From a virus, in the IMG/VR virus record IMGVR_UViG_3300000969_000004, positions 1 to 32,465 of that record: a DNA stretch of 32,465 bases; one strand, 5' to 3'. Below, piece after piece: positions 9,345-17,527 of this stretch. A program made the position numbers and the translations under genes. Every line of letters begins with the position of its first letter. Position 1 is the first letter of the stretch. The notes under the pieces were generated by a model that was not told the origin of the DNA, made no database searches, and was given only the letters and a program-made list of their open reading frames with translations.

Positions 9345-9362
9345 ACCAAAAGGGGTAGATAG

Positions 9363-9875
9363 ATGGTTGATTCTAAATCGTATGCAGTTAGGTATCAGGA
9401 TAAAGTAAGGGTAGTTAGATCAAATGTGCCCCCACTTTCTTATATCTCTGAAGTTCCAGAGGAGATTTCTCCAAGCGATTATCCTTTTTTAAAGGTTAGT
9501 GAAAATGATCAGGGCTTAACTGTGATAGTCGATCTGGAGAGTAAGCATCGATTTCAGATGCAAGATGAGAAGGCGTCTTTAAAAGAAAGTATTTTAAGCG
9601 AGTATTTAAAAGATGTAGACGATGAGATGCATAGGGTTTTTGGGACGACATCAAGAGATGCAGCTAATAGTATGTTTTTAACTTGGCAGATGATGCTATC
9701 AAATCCTGGCAACTATGCTCCAGCAGGATTACTAGATGGCAATGGTTTAGCGCTAGACACCCAGTCTAAGGTCAGTGCCTATGCAAGGGATAAGGTTGAG
9801 ATGGTAGAGTCTTATAGCGTATTCTTAATTAAGAGGCGGGAACAGTATTTAGCAAAGAAAAAAGAGGCACTTTAA
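9363..9875 (+). CDS. hypothetical protein (170 aa), downstream of the fibre gene
   Basis: SD AAGGGG. ORF with no recognisable motif. Its stop overlaps the next start (TAATG). Confidence 0.5.
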   Translation: MVDSKSYAVRYQDKVRVVRSNVPPLSYISEVPEEISPSDYPFLKVSENDQGLTVIVDLESKHRFQMQDEKASLKESILSEYLKDVDDEMHRVFGTTSRDAANSMFLTWQMMLSNPGNYAPAGLLDGNGLALDTQSKVSAYARDKVEMVESYSVFLIKRREQYLAKKKEAL

Positions 9876-10117
9876 TGATCGAATTTATACAGACGCAGTG
9901 GCCAGCAATTGTGGTAGTTCTATTAGGGGTAAGTGAGGTTATAGCACTTGTACCCGGGGTTAAGTCTAATTCCATATTTCAGTCGATTGTGGGGCTTTTA
10001 AATAAGTTTAAACAGCAGCAATCCACTGAGGAGCAAGGAACACTATCAGTTTGTGGAGAACTAAAGAATCCTCAGCAGATTGCCGATGAAGTTACAAAAG
10101 ATGTAACTCAGGATTAG
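9875..10117 (+). CDS. small membrane protein, holin candidate
   Basis: 80 aa with a TM segment (WPAIVVVLLGVSEVIALVPGV), a second short amphipathic stretch and a highly charged C-terminal tail. Lies upstream of the lipoprotein, TM-coiled-coil and peptidoglycan hydrolase genes. Confidence 0.45.
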   Translation: MIEFIQTQWPAIVVVLLGVSEVIALVPGVKSNSIFQSIVGLLNKFKQQQSTEEQGTLSVCGELKNPQQIADEVTKDVTQD

Positions 10118-10125
10118 TATAGCAG

Positions 10126-10350
10126 GTGATGTTTTTAGAACGCGTAGTTGCCAGAGTATTTATGCATGTTTTTGATAAAGTCTGGCTTAAGGTTGAGTCT
10201 GAATTCAAGGTTCGTCAGGACGTTGATAGGATTATGAGACAAGAGGACAGATTAAAAGTTGAGTTATTAGGGGAGTTAGACAATGCTGAAACATCTGAAG
10301 AAATTGACAAGATTCTTGAGCGCATTGTTGATTCTAGCAAGCGTAGCTAG
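10126..10350 (+). CDS. hypothetical small helical charged protein
   Basis: 74-aa ORF (GTG 10126 or ATG 10129). Its 3' 68 nt overlap the start of the lipoprotein gene in another frame. Confidence 0.4.
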   Translation: MMFLERVVARVFMHVFDKVWLKVESEFKVRQDVDRIMRQEDRLKVELLGELDNAETSEEIDKILERIVDSSKRS

Positions 10351-10570
10351 TTGCGCCCATAAGTTACCAGCGTATCCAGACACAAAGATCTGCATTTTAG
10401 ATTACGTTCGTGGCGAGCTTAGATGCATAAAGCAGGATAAAACAAAGTTTAATCTAAGTTACAAACAGGCAAATAAATTCATATGTACATCGGGTGAGGA
10501 TTACCTAGAGGTTAATGCTTGGTTCAATAAAGTGGCTGAGATGATAAAGGTTGGGATAACGAGGTTTTGA
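10283..10570 (+). CDS. lipoprotein, o-spanin-like or exclusion-type
   Basis: Signal peptide plus lipobox: MLKHLKKLTRFLSALLILASVAS|C. Good SD (GGGGAG, 7-nt spacer). The mature part has 4 further Cys. The start is embedded in the 3' end of the upstream ORF. Confidence 0.65.
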   Translation: MLKHLKKLTRFLSALLILASVASCAHKLPAYPDTKICILDYVRGELRCIKQDKTKFNLSYKQANKFICTSGEDYLEVNAWFNKVAEMIKVGITRF

Positions 10571-11113
10571 ATGCTTGAAATAGCTCAACAGGTAATTACA
10601 TTTTTCACGGCCGGGTTGCTACTTTACTTCATTCAAGAAAACTTAAAAACCGCAAAAGAGGCTCAAAGTTCATCAAAAGTAAACGGCGATAAACTCGGGT
10701 CGTTAATGAATGAAATTGAACAAACTAAAATGCAGCTTAATTCCTTGATTTCACAAATAGAAAATCAGAACACAAAAGTCGACATGTACCAGACAAACTT
10801 AGACCAGATGTTTAAGTTTTCAAATGACCGACATAATGAATTGATGGAAGCTAATCAAGACCTTATGAAACAACAGCGTACAGTTGTGAATACAATGGGT
10901 TTAGAAAGAGCAAGACTTGATGCGTTCACAGAGACTGGCTTAAAGGTCATAAAAAAGTATGAAAGAACAGCAGATAAAGTCGATCGTTTGGATAGAGCTC
11001 TTAATCGTTTAAGGGGTCACGTTCAGGATGACTTGGTTGATCTTGAAATGAAAATAGATAAGCAGGAATCAAATACTAATGAATCAGATTCCAAGGATGA
11101 GTCAGATGATTAA
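10571..11113 (+). CDS. type-II membrane protein with coiled coil, i-spanin-like
   Basis: N-terminal TM (VITFFTAGLLLYFI) followed by about 150 aa of heptad-like charged sequence and an acidic tail. The ATG directly follows the lipoprotein stop (TGAATG). Confidence 0.5.
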   Translation: MLEIAQQVITFFTAGLLLYFIQENLKTAKEAQSSSKVNGDKLGSLMNEIEQTKMQLNSLISQIENQNTKVDMYQTNLDQMFKFSNDRHNELMEANQDLMKQQRTVVNTMGLERARLDAFTETGLKVIKKYERTADKVDRLDRALNRLRGHVQDDLVDLEMKIDKQESNTNESDSKDESDD

Positions 11114-11819
11114 TTGGTTTTTGAAACGGGTTTCGTCAGTGGGATTTAAATTAGGTTTATGTTTACGAGATAAGAAAAACATCAAACTTAGTGAAGAAGC
11201 TTCACAGGATCTACAAAACAATGAAGAAGATATAGATTCAGATTTAAATGAGCAGCATGACGAAGTAGAATTCAGTGGCCCCACGATCAATGAGAAGATA
11301 TTAAGGATCGCAGCACTTGAGATGGGCGTTAAGGAGTTAAAGGGTGAGAAGAACTCTGAGAGAGTTATGAAGTATCACCTTTTTGCAAGCGAGGACAATG
11401 ATGTGGATCATCCGGACAGTGTCCCTTGGTGTTCAAGCTTCATTTGTTTTGTAGTTGAAAAAGCAGGACTTAGCTCGACTAATTCCCTTATGGCTCGGTC
11501 ATGGGAGTATTGGGGTGAGAGCTCGATGCACGACCCAATCCCAGGAGACATTGTGGTGTTTTGGAGAAAGAGCCAGAAGAGTGGCTTTGGTCACGTGGGT
11601 GTTTTTTTAGGCAAAAGAGCAGATAACAATATTGCTGTGCTTGGTGGCAATCAAAAGGATGAGGTTAACATAAGCATATTTAGCCCGCATAAGATCGTTG
11701 ATATAAGAAGAGAATCAGAGATCAGCCCGCTAGTTTTAGAGGATAAAGTAAAGCTTAAATCTATTGCGACTAATCTAATTTTAGGTGAAACTTTAGAGAT
11801 AGCTAGTCGGGTCGTATGA
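11079..11819 (+). CDS. peptidoglycan hydrolase, TIGR02594-like (NlpC/P60- or CHAP-like Cys peptidase): endolysin or tail-associated lysin
   Basis: The C-terminal 150 aa match the pattern I know for TIGR02594: ...DSVPWCSSFICFVVEKAGL...ARSWEYWG...PGDIVVFWR...GHVGVFLG...VLGGNQKDEVN. Three in-frame ATGs (11079, 11097, 11106), so the start is uncertain. Confidence 0.7.
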   Translation: MNQIPRMSQMINWFLKRVSSVGFKLGLCLRDKKNIKLSEEASQDLQNNEEDIDSDLNEQHDEVEFSGPTINEKILRIAALEMGVKELKGEKNSERVMKYHLFASEDNDVDHPDSVPWCSSFICFVVEKAGLSSTNSLMARSWEYWGESSMHDPIPGDIVVFWRKSQKSGFGHVGVFLGKRADNNIAVLGGNQKDEVNISIFSPHKIVDIRRESEISPLVLEDKVKLKSIATNLILGETLEIASRVV

Positions 11820-14098
11820 GTTTAAATTTTACAACAAATACATTAAGAGCACTTGATGAACTTTCTATTGAACCAAACATAGCGGTTCAGATCGAAGGTT
11901 TCGATGTATTGTTCTCTGCAAATTCTTTACAAGAATTTATCACTATTAATTGCCCGGGGTTTTTCGTAGGTGAAGAGGGTTTTTTCATAGGTGGGCTTAA
12001 AGATCTCACAGAGGATGAAAACAAAAGATATATCGATTCAAGAAACACGACATACACCATCAGACAAAATATAAATTATACGGAAGGTGAGTCATCAACA
12101 ATCACTACAATGAACGTGGGGTTAGTTGATAAAAATGAATTTGTCACAAGATTGATTTCACCTGGATTAGAAATTGACGACATCCTTGGTAGGAAAATTA
12201 GGGTTTATGTAACTTTCGGTAATGCTTCATTTTTTGAAGATTCAGTTTTAATTTTCAAAGGTTACTGTGTGACGGTAACAAGTGGTCCTGGAACAATTAT
12301 TTTAAAGATCAATGCGCCAGATACTAGGAAAAATATTGAGCTATTTAATCAGGTTGAAACAACTTTAAGCGCAGCGATTAATGGAACTCAGACAACTATA
12401 CCTCTTGAAAACGCTAGCGAATTCTTAGTTCCAGGTGGTGGTCTTCGCGGGTTTGCAAGAGTTGAGGACACTGGCGAAATCTTTGAGTACACAAGTGTTT
12501 CACAGACCGCACTTGGTGGGGTAACCAGAGGGCAGGCAGAAACATTACCGTCAGCTGCGATACCAGATGATCCAGGTAATCCAAGCTTTAGTGAGGTCAC
12601 GCCGATTTATGGTCTTGCTGGCAACCCTCTTGATCTTGCGTTGCAGATTATGCTTAGTGGATACGGTGTCGGTCAGCCTGCCTATGAAGATATCGCAGTC
12701 AGTTCATTTGTTCAGATTGGTGCTGGTTCAAATCAGATGACTAATGCAATTTACTTTGATCAAGTCGATATACCTATTTTATACGGTGTTGTGCCAGGAG
12801 ACATGATCAGTGTTACTGGCGCTATCAACTCTGCAAATAACTTATCAAATGCCGTTGTTTCGTCGGTTCAAAGAACAGATAGTGGTTTTGCGATCCTTAT
12901 TGAAGGTGCAAATTTTGTTTTGGAGCAAAACTCCACTGCAGTGATTGCAACGTTTAGTCAGTACAATGTTTTACCTATTGGTATGAGCATGAGGCCAGAT
13001 GATGTGGACATTGTAGAGCATTTAAAGATTAGGGATTTTTTCCATTCATCAGTTGAGATGTTTTTCTACCTTAAAGATGAGGAGATTAACGGTAAAGAAT
13101 TTATCGCAGAACAGCTTTATAAACCGATTGCATGTTATGAACTTCCTAGAAAAGCTTCAGCCTCAGTGGGGTTTACTGTTGGTCCAATACCTGGGGAAGA
13201 TATAAGAACGGTCGATATAACGAATGTGAAAAACCCATCGGCTGTGACAATACAAAGATCAAGTGCTAGAGCTTTTTATAATAGTATCGTCTACAGGTTT
13301 GATGAGGATCAAAGACAAGAGGATGAGAGCTTTAGGACTGGCCGTGTTTTTGTTTCCCAAGACTCTGCAAATAGGATTGATGGCGTGGATCGCACATTCG
13401 CAATCGATGCGCTAGGTTTGAGATCAGAATTGAACGGTCAGAACATCGCAGATCAAAACTCTTCAAGGCTTCTTGATAGGTATGAGTTTGGTGCTGAAAT
13501 TGTAACTGGTCAAATTTTACTAAGAGACTTTGCAGAAGTTGAGGTTGGCGACATAGTGATAGGCGACTTAGAACAACTTCATGTTTCAGATATAACTAAT
13601 GGTAGTCGAGTGTTTAGGCCAAGACTGTTTGAGGTTTTAGATAAAACAATGAATCTGAAGACTGGAAACATTAACTTCCAACTTTTAGATACCTCGATAG
13701 GTATTGATGAGCGCTTTGGGCTTATGAGCCCGTGTTCAAACATAATGAGCGTGATTAATTCGAATCAGATCGTGATTGGCCCAGATCCCATTTATTCCTC
13801 TCGCTTTGAAAACGATGAGTTTAGAAAATGGTTATCAGTCACTGGTGTAAATTGCCCTATCTCGGTTAACATATCAGATGCTAGCGGCAATATTTTAGGA
13901 GACCTTGTTGTGACCTCCATTAGTGGGAATACGTTTACATTTGATCAGGCGCCTTCATTTGCCATATTGCCAGGAATGATGGTTGAATTCTCTGGCTATG
14001 AAGATCCAGACACAAACGATAAACAACAATTGATTTATGGGTACATGACTAATAACACAACGTTCACAGATGGCGAAAACCAATATAGCATGATTTAA
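11816..14098 (+). CDS. large tail tip or baseplate protein, host-specificity-type (positional)
   Basis: 760-aa ORF overlapping the hydrolase stop (ATGA). A cell-wall peptidase gene immediately upstream of the large tip protein recalls the lambda K-I-J order. Confidence 0.5.
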   Translation: MSLNFTTNTLRALDELSIEPNIAVQIEGFDVLFSANSLQEFITINCPGFFVGEEGFFIGGLKDLTEDENKRYIDSRNTTYTIRQNINYTEGESSTITTMNVGLVDKNEFVTRLISPGLEIDDILGRKIRVYVTFGNASFFEDSVLIFKGYCVTVTSGPGTIILKINAPDTRKNIELFNQVETTLSAAINGTQTTIPLENASEFLVPGGGLRGFARVEDTGEIFEYTSVSQTALGGVTRGQAETLPSAAIPDDPGNPSFSEVTPIYGLAGNPLDLALQIMLSGYGVGQPAYEDIAVSSFVQIGAGSNQMTNAIYFDQVDIPILYGVVPGDMISVTGAINSANNLSNAVVSSVQRTDSGFAILIEGANFVLEQNSTAVIATFSQYNVLPIGMSMRPDDVDIVEHLKIRDFFHSSVEMFFYLKDEEINGKEFIAEQLYKPIACYELPRKASASVGFTVGPIPGEDIRTVDITNVKNPSAVTIQRSSARAFYNSIVYRFDEDQRQEDESFRTGRVFVSQDSANRIDGVDRTFAIDALGLRSELNGQNIADQNSSRLLDRYEFGAEIVTGQILLRDFAEVEVGDIVIGDLEQLHVSDITNGSRVFRPRLFEVLDKTMNLKTGNINFQLLDTSIGIDERFGLMSPCSNIMSVINSNQIVIGPDPIYSSRFENDEFRKWLSVTGVNCPISVNISDASGNILGDLVVTSISGNTFTFDQAPSFAILPGMMVEFSGYEDPDTNDKQQLIYGYMTNNTTFTDGENQYSMI

Positions 14099-14128
14099 TC
14101 TGCATCGACTCTTTGGGGGGTGATATAA

Positions 14129-14854
14129 ATGGCGGACTTACCAAGTGTAATTGATAAGCTAAATGATATTGAAATAGGATCTGGGCAGCCGTTAACCGAA
14201 ACGCTTATGCGGCGCTTTGGTTCTAACATCAACGCTATAATTGATTTCTTAGGTCTTGGCCCAGGAGGTGGATCAAGTGACCTGGGGGATTTTTTAACTG
14301 CAATCGATACGGTTAGAAATCATACTATGGAGCTTGTGATTGATTTTGATGCAGCACCAGTTTCTGTGTTCAAGCAGAGTCCAAGCTTTGTTCAAATTCC
14401 CTTTGTAGAAAACTACTTCGTTGTTGAATTCACGGACTTTTTAACAGATGACGGGGATTTACCAAGGGTTGAGTGCGGGATATCAGTTGATGGCGGTCCT
14501 TTTAATCTAAGGGCGCGCGAGAACACTGCTGGCTATATTACAGAAACTGGATCACCAGACATTGGTGGTTCAGGATCAAGACTTCTTTATGACACGGCTG
14601 TGGTTTATGAAAATCACCCTATAGCAACCATTGAAGAAGACAGCAGCTTCTTTGGATCAAGTCTACCAGATGCTGAGCCTGGGTTTATTAGAAACGGTCG
14701 TCACCTAATTGCAAAAGTGGACTGGAGAAGAGGCACTAGTTTTAGGATCCAGGCGCAAGCTCGGTGGGTGGGGTCATCCTCGCAACTTAGAGATGTAAAA
14801 ATATATAGATATTTAAAGCTTAATGTTCAGTCTACTATTTTAGATATTGTTTAA
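14129..14854 (+). CDS. hypothetical tail-module protein, possible fibre or spike accessory
   Basis: SD GGGGGGTG. 241-aa ORF, last structural-looking gene of the + block. Confidence 0.45.
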   Translation: MADLPSVIDKLNDIEIGSGQPLTETLMRRFGSNINAIIDFLGLGPGGGSSDLGDFLTAIDTVRNHTMELVIDFDAAPVSVFKQSPSFVQIPFVENYFVVEFTDFLTDDGDLPRVECGISVDGGPFNLRARENTAGYITETGSPDIGGSGSRLLYDTAVVYENHPIATIEEDSSFFGSSLPDAEPGFIRNGRHLIAKVDWRRGTSFRIQAQARWVGSSSQLRDVKIYRYLKLNVQSTILDIV

Positions 14855-15366
14855 TGAGCAAGGACTCAACAAAGAAGGCTTTGTTTAAATACTTAAATAA
14901 GCGCGAACAAAGAAGTAGCACAGGGCCAAAACGCAAACTGAAGCAACCTGAAAAATGCACTGAAAAAGAAGTTCTTGCGTGGTGCGTGGATAAAGGTTTT
15001 CATGTTCACGTTGTTGAGTCGTCAACTTATGATTATCAGACTGGAAGGGCTTCAAGGCGCGTGACTGCAAAGGCTGGGTTTCCAGACCTTGTTGGGAACA
15101 CCTCTGAAGGTCATAGTGTCTGGATTGAGTTAAAGGCAAAAAGCCGAATTTCAACATTGAGACCAAAGCAAAAAATCTTTCTTGAAACAAAGATAAGACA
15201 AAACTGCTTTGCTGTTTGCGTAGATTCTGCTGTTCGTTTGGATCGTTATTGGAAACAATATTCATCGCTAAACACTCCTGATTTAAGACAAAGCTTTCTT
15301 ATTGATTGCTTACCCAAAAAAGTCCCTAAAAGATCAAAAAACTATGACCCTGATATGGGCTTTTAA
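14854..15366 (+). CDS. VRR-NUC domain nuclease (PD-(D/E)xK superfamily)
   Basis: Motif GFPDLVGNTSEGHSVWIELKAKSRISTLRPKQKIFLE fits the VRR-NUC signature (G-x-PD-L ... E-x-K ... L-x-x-x-Q). Start overlaps the upstream stop (TAATG). Confidence 0.6.
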   Translation: MSKDSTKKALFKYLNKREQRSSTGPKRKLKQPEKCTEKEVLAWCVDKGFHVHVVESSTYDYQTGRASRRVTAKAGFPDLVGNTSEGHSVWIELKAKSRISTLRPKQKIFLETKIRQNCFAVCVDSAVRLDRYWKQYSSLNTPDLRQSFLIDCLPKKVPKRSKNYDPDMGF

Positions 15367-15632
15367 CTAATAAATAAATACGCAATAAGACCAAGTAGCA
15401 TAAAGCTCTGAAAAGCGACCGCCATATTGATGATAATATCTTGCCTCATATGACGGTTTAATTTTCCAAGCATCTTTGAATGCCGCTCCAAAGTTTCAGC
15501 GTGATCAACTAAATGAGAACTAAAGTCAGTAATCTTTTTACTGCCCTCAGCTAACACTTTTTCATGGTTTATTAGAAGCTCAGTGTTTTGGTCAAACATT
15601 GCTAGAAACGTTGTGCGCTCACTATCGGTCAT
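15363..15632 (-). CDS. tail-anchored small membrane protein
   Basis: 89 aa, helical, with a single C-terminal TM (IIINMAVAFQSFMLLGLIAYLFIS). The start overlaps the upstream gene (ATGA). Its stop codon overlaps the stop of the convergent VRR-NUC gene. Confidence 0.5.
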   Translation of the reverse strand: MTDSERTTFLAMFDQNTELLINHEKVLAEGSKKITDFSSHLVDHAETLERHSKMLGKLNRHMRQDIIINMAVAFQSFMLLGLIAYLFIS

Positions 15633-15817
15633 GCTAGTACCGTGAGCCCAGCTTTAAAGTCTTCAAATGATTTCTTTAGTAAAAGAGGCTCGCTAGAACC
15701 AACAAGCCATATTTTTAATTGACCAGTTGTTTCAGTCACAGGCTCAATCTTTATAATCATATCAGCGTTGATCATAACCATTGGCCCATCAACCGATTGT
15801 AGTTCAATAATTTTCAT
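15629..15817 (-). CDS. FlbD-like small protein (tentative)
   Basis: 62 aa. MKIIELQSVDGPMVMINADMIIKIEP...KIWLVGSSEPLLLKKSFEDF lines up with the FlbD/SwrD consensus as I remember it (LNG-5x-NAxLIxxIE ... I-L-x-G ... V-x-ES-x-E). SD GGGAGAA upstream. Confidence 0.4.
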   Translation of the reverse strand: MKIIELQSVDGPMVMINADMIIKIEPVTETTGQLKIWLVGSSEPLLLKKSFEDFKAGLTVLA

Positions 15818-15834
15818 ACAATATTCTCCCTTTT

Positions 15835-16326
15835 TTAAAAAGGTAACTCTTCTGTTTCATCAAAGCCAGCATTGTTTTTAGGGCGCTGTTTTTTAGCATT
15901 TTGAAAGGCAGAATTTGGAACATCAAGAAATCCGGTTATGAAAGTATTAGGATATTTCTTTCCATTGTACTCTCTAAAACCCTTTACCTCTACTTCAATT
16001 TTTTTATTAATTAGTTTAAAGCAAATGTCGGCTGCATTATTCATATATGCCTCAAGGTTTTTGGCAGGTTGAATATTGTCGAAAATAAGTAAGTTATCAA
16101 GCTGTTGGGCTGCCATGTTGTAAGACTTATCTGTAAAATAAATAGACTGCCAAATCTTTCGTTTATTAAAGTCGCCACCGTCAATAACGAATGTGAAGTT
16201 AATAAATGGAGATCCGTTTTTAGACTGATCGATTTTTACGTCTTCTAAAACGCAAGAATACCTTCCTTTTTCTAATTCTTTAAACTCTTTATCATCACTT
16301 TGGGCATCGTAGGTTTTTCCCCACAT
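15835..16326 (-). CDS. DUF669-like phage single-strand DNA-binding protein candidate
   Basis: 163 aa. N-terminal pattern FKELEKGRYSCVLEDVKIDQSKNGSPFINFTFVIDGGDFNKRKIW resembles DUF669. Located in the same operon as the Sak4-like ATPase, a known pairing. Confidence 0.45.
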   Translation of the reverse strand: MWGKTYDAQSDDKEFKELEKGRYSCVLEDVKIDQSKNGSPFINFTFVIDGGDFNKRKIWQSIYFTDKSYNMAAQQLDNLLIFDNIQPAKNLEAYMNNAADICFKLINKKIEVEVKGFREYNGKKYPNTFITGFLDVPNSAFQNAKKQRPKNNAGFDETEELPF

Positions 16327-16331
16327 ATCTA

Positions 16332-16574
16332 TTACTCCTTTATTTGCTCAATCGGTTTCATTACCGAAATTGTTCTTAGTAGCTGAACAGCGGAGCATTC
16401 CCCACAATCGGCCAATACTTTTAATTCATTTCTTATTTTATCGCGTTCAATTCTAAAGTTATGAAAGCGAACCGGGCGTTTCGTTCCGCACTCAAAGCAA
16501 TTATGGTGTGTTTCACAATTAACGGCTTCAAGAGCAACCGAGCGATCCGGTGCTATATACAGTTTTTCAGGCAT
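16332..16574 (-). CDS. small zinc-ribbon protein
   Basis: 80 aa with C-x5-C-x2-C ... C-x2-C (NCETHHNCFECG ... DCGECS). Overlaps the upstream gene by 8 nt. Confidence 0.55.
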   Translation of the reverse strand: MPEKLYIAPDRSVALEAVNCETHHNCFECGTKRPVRFHNFRIERDKIRNELKVLADCGECSAVQLLRTISVMKPIEQIKE

Positions 16575-17292
16575 TCGTCTGATCTAATATATTTTTAATC
16601 TTTTCGCTATTCATTTTTAATCTAAGCGGCAGCTTTATTTTAGAAGTCATATCACCTCTTGAACCGGCCTCTATATTTTCATGACGATCAGTTATAATAA
16701 AACGATCACCCTCGTGATTGATCTCAAAAAACCAAATATAATCCACAAAACCATGGATGAACTTCTTTGCACCAGCTGCAAGAGTTGTTGAAATCATTGT
16801 TTGTTTCCTTGGGCCAATTTCAACCTCATATTCTTTTTTATGAGAAACGAATATGAAACCGATCCCCAGTTGACCAAGCTTGTTACAAACTCTTGAAAAC
16901 TCATAAGCTATTGCTTGATAGGCTTTTCCAAAGTTTTCATCACTAGGATGCTCAATTCCTTTTTTCTCACAGATGTATTCTGTGCACCAATTCCAAAGAA
17001 TATCAACAGTATCAATTGCTAAGCACTTAAAGTCGTGACCACCTTTTGCAAGATCACGACAACACTGTATAAAATCAAGCCACCCTTGAGGCTGATTCCC
17101 ATCCTTATTTGACCATCTATATATTTCTAAAAACGCGTGTCCTGGCTCGGAACAAAAGAATAATATTTTGTTATTCCCATCTCCAAAGTTCGCAATAGTG
17201 GTTGATTTTCCACTCTTAGGATCACCGTAAAATAAGTATTTTCTTTTTAGTCGATTGGTTTCTTTTTTGGATTTTTCGTTTGGCAGCGGCAT
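16567..17292 (-). CDS. Sak4-like / AAA_24-type RecA-fold ATPase (phage recombination protein)
   Basis: Walker A near the N-terminus (YLFYGDPKSGKST), Walker B-like LAIDTVD, about 240 aa. First gene of the leftward operon, followed by the SSB-like gene. Confidence 0.65.
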   Translation of the reverse strand: MPLPNEKSKKETNRLKRKYLFYGDPKSGKSTTIANFGDGNNKILFFCSEPGHAFLEIYRWSNKDGNQPQGWLDFIQCCRDLAKGGHDFKCLAIDTVDILWNWCTEYICEKKGIEHPSDENFGKAYQAIAYEFSRVCNKLGQLGIGFIFVSHKKEYEVEIGPRKQTMISTTLAAGAKKFIHGFVDYIWFFEINHEGDRFIITDRHENIEAGSRGDMTSKIKLPLRLKMNSEKIKNILDQTNA

Positions 17293-17339
17293 ATTTAACG
17301 GGTCCCTTTCCGTTTTATTTTTATCATGAACTCAATTAT

Positions 17340-17369
17340 TATTTACAGAAGTAAAATCAAACCTGTCAA
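17340..17369 (-). promoter_or_regulatory. candidate sigma70 promoter for the leftward recombination operon
   Basis: On the minus strand, a perfect TTGACA (17369->17364) followed after 17-18 nt by GTAAAT/TAAATA. Lies immediately downstream of the minus-strand terminator and about 45 nt upstream of the Sak4 ATG. Confidence 0.35.
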
Positions 17370-17371
17370 AT

Positions 17372-17413
17372 AAAAAAAGCTGACTTAGAGAGTCGAAACT
17401 CTCGTCCATCAGC
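17372..17413 (-). terminator. intrinsic terminator (minus strand)
   Basis: Minus-strand reading: GCTGA-TGGAC-GAGAG-tttcga-CTCTC-TAAG-TCAGC followed by TTTTTTT (the plus-strand A-run 17372-17378). Confidence 0.6.
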
Positions 17414-17527
17414 TTTGTATCGATGAATAAGCCAGCACAGTTGGGACCCAACATGATTTAAGTAAGTTAAACTCACTCGTATGCAAAATTGGAAACTTCT
17501 ACCGGCCAAACGCCAACGATTAAATTA

